Positions 63,887 to 64,000 of a stretch of DNA of 64,000 nucleotides are shown here, piece by piece (position 1 is the first letter of the stretch; every line of letters starts with the position of its first letter). The notes below the pieces were generated by a model. That model searched no databases, had not been told where the DNA came from, and was given only the letters and a program-made list of their open reading frames with translations. The DNA comes from an uncultured delta proteobacterium (GTDB lineage: Bacteria; Myxococcota_A; Polyangia; Polyangiales; Polyangiaceae), in assembly GCA_963841435.1 (NCBI GenBank), contig CAWJCS010000002.1:576001-640000 (forward strand), given 5' to 3'. The position numbers and the translations under genes were made by a program.

Positions 63887-64000
63887 GGGGCTGTTGCCCA
63901 ATGGGGCAAGGGCCAGGCAACTCGCGCCAGCGCATTTCGTGCGCTGTTCTCATTCGTTGATCCGCGACTGAGCGGCGTGACTCGCCCGATGTCGCGTCGA

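Overview
High-GC bacterial DNA that is almost entirely coding. The gene repertoire (Gly-rich lipoproteins, myxobacterial Cys-rich repeats, a MYXO-CTERM-like tail, a CglF/GltF-like protein, PEGA/TPR proteins, eukaryotic-like kinases) points to a myxobacterium, probably Polyangiaceae/Sorangiineae (inference). About 55 genes: MlaD, a Ser/Thr kinase, an UshA-like multiheme protein, sthA, an ECF sigma cluster, an RNase HII-like protein, VanW, manA, a MoxR/DUF58/Bat operon, phytochelatin synthase, GH12, GH44/51-like and CBM lipoproteins, DUF72, hppA, a YadGH-type ABC pair, an SRPBCC-VOC-WYL locus, FKBP, kup, mutS2, an S1 protease and divergent ku/ligD. I found no rRNA, tRNA, CRISPR array or transposase. 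Best leads: (1) a barrel-protein/ECF sigma/TPR anti-sigma/lipoprotein module with an exactly repeated TGATCA-N17-CATTGTTC motif built on upstream stop codons; (2) a three-arm, mutually exclusive inverted repeat between two divergent lipoprotein genes; (3) twin CTGACA-N6-TGTCRG sites 42 bp apart before a VOC-WYL pair; (4) ligD lacks a canonical start codon for its conserved N-terminus. Three genes carry four +1 frameshifts that look like sequencing indels. All family calls come from motif recognition by eye; no database searches were run.
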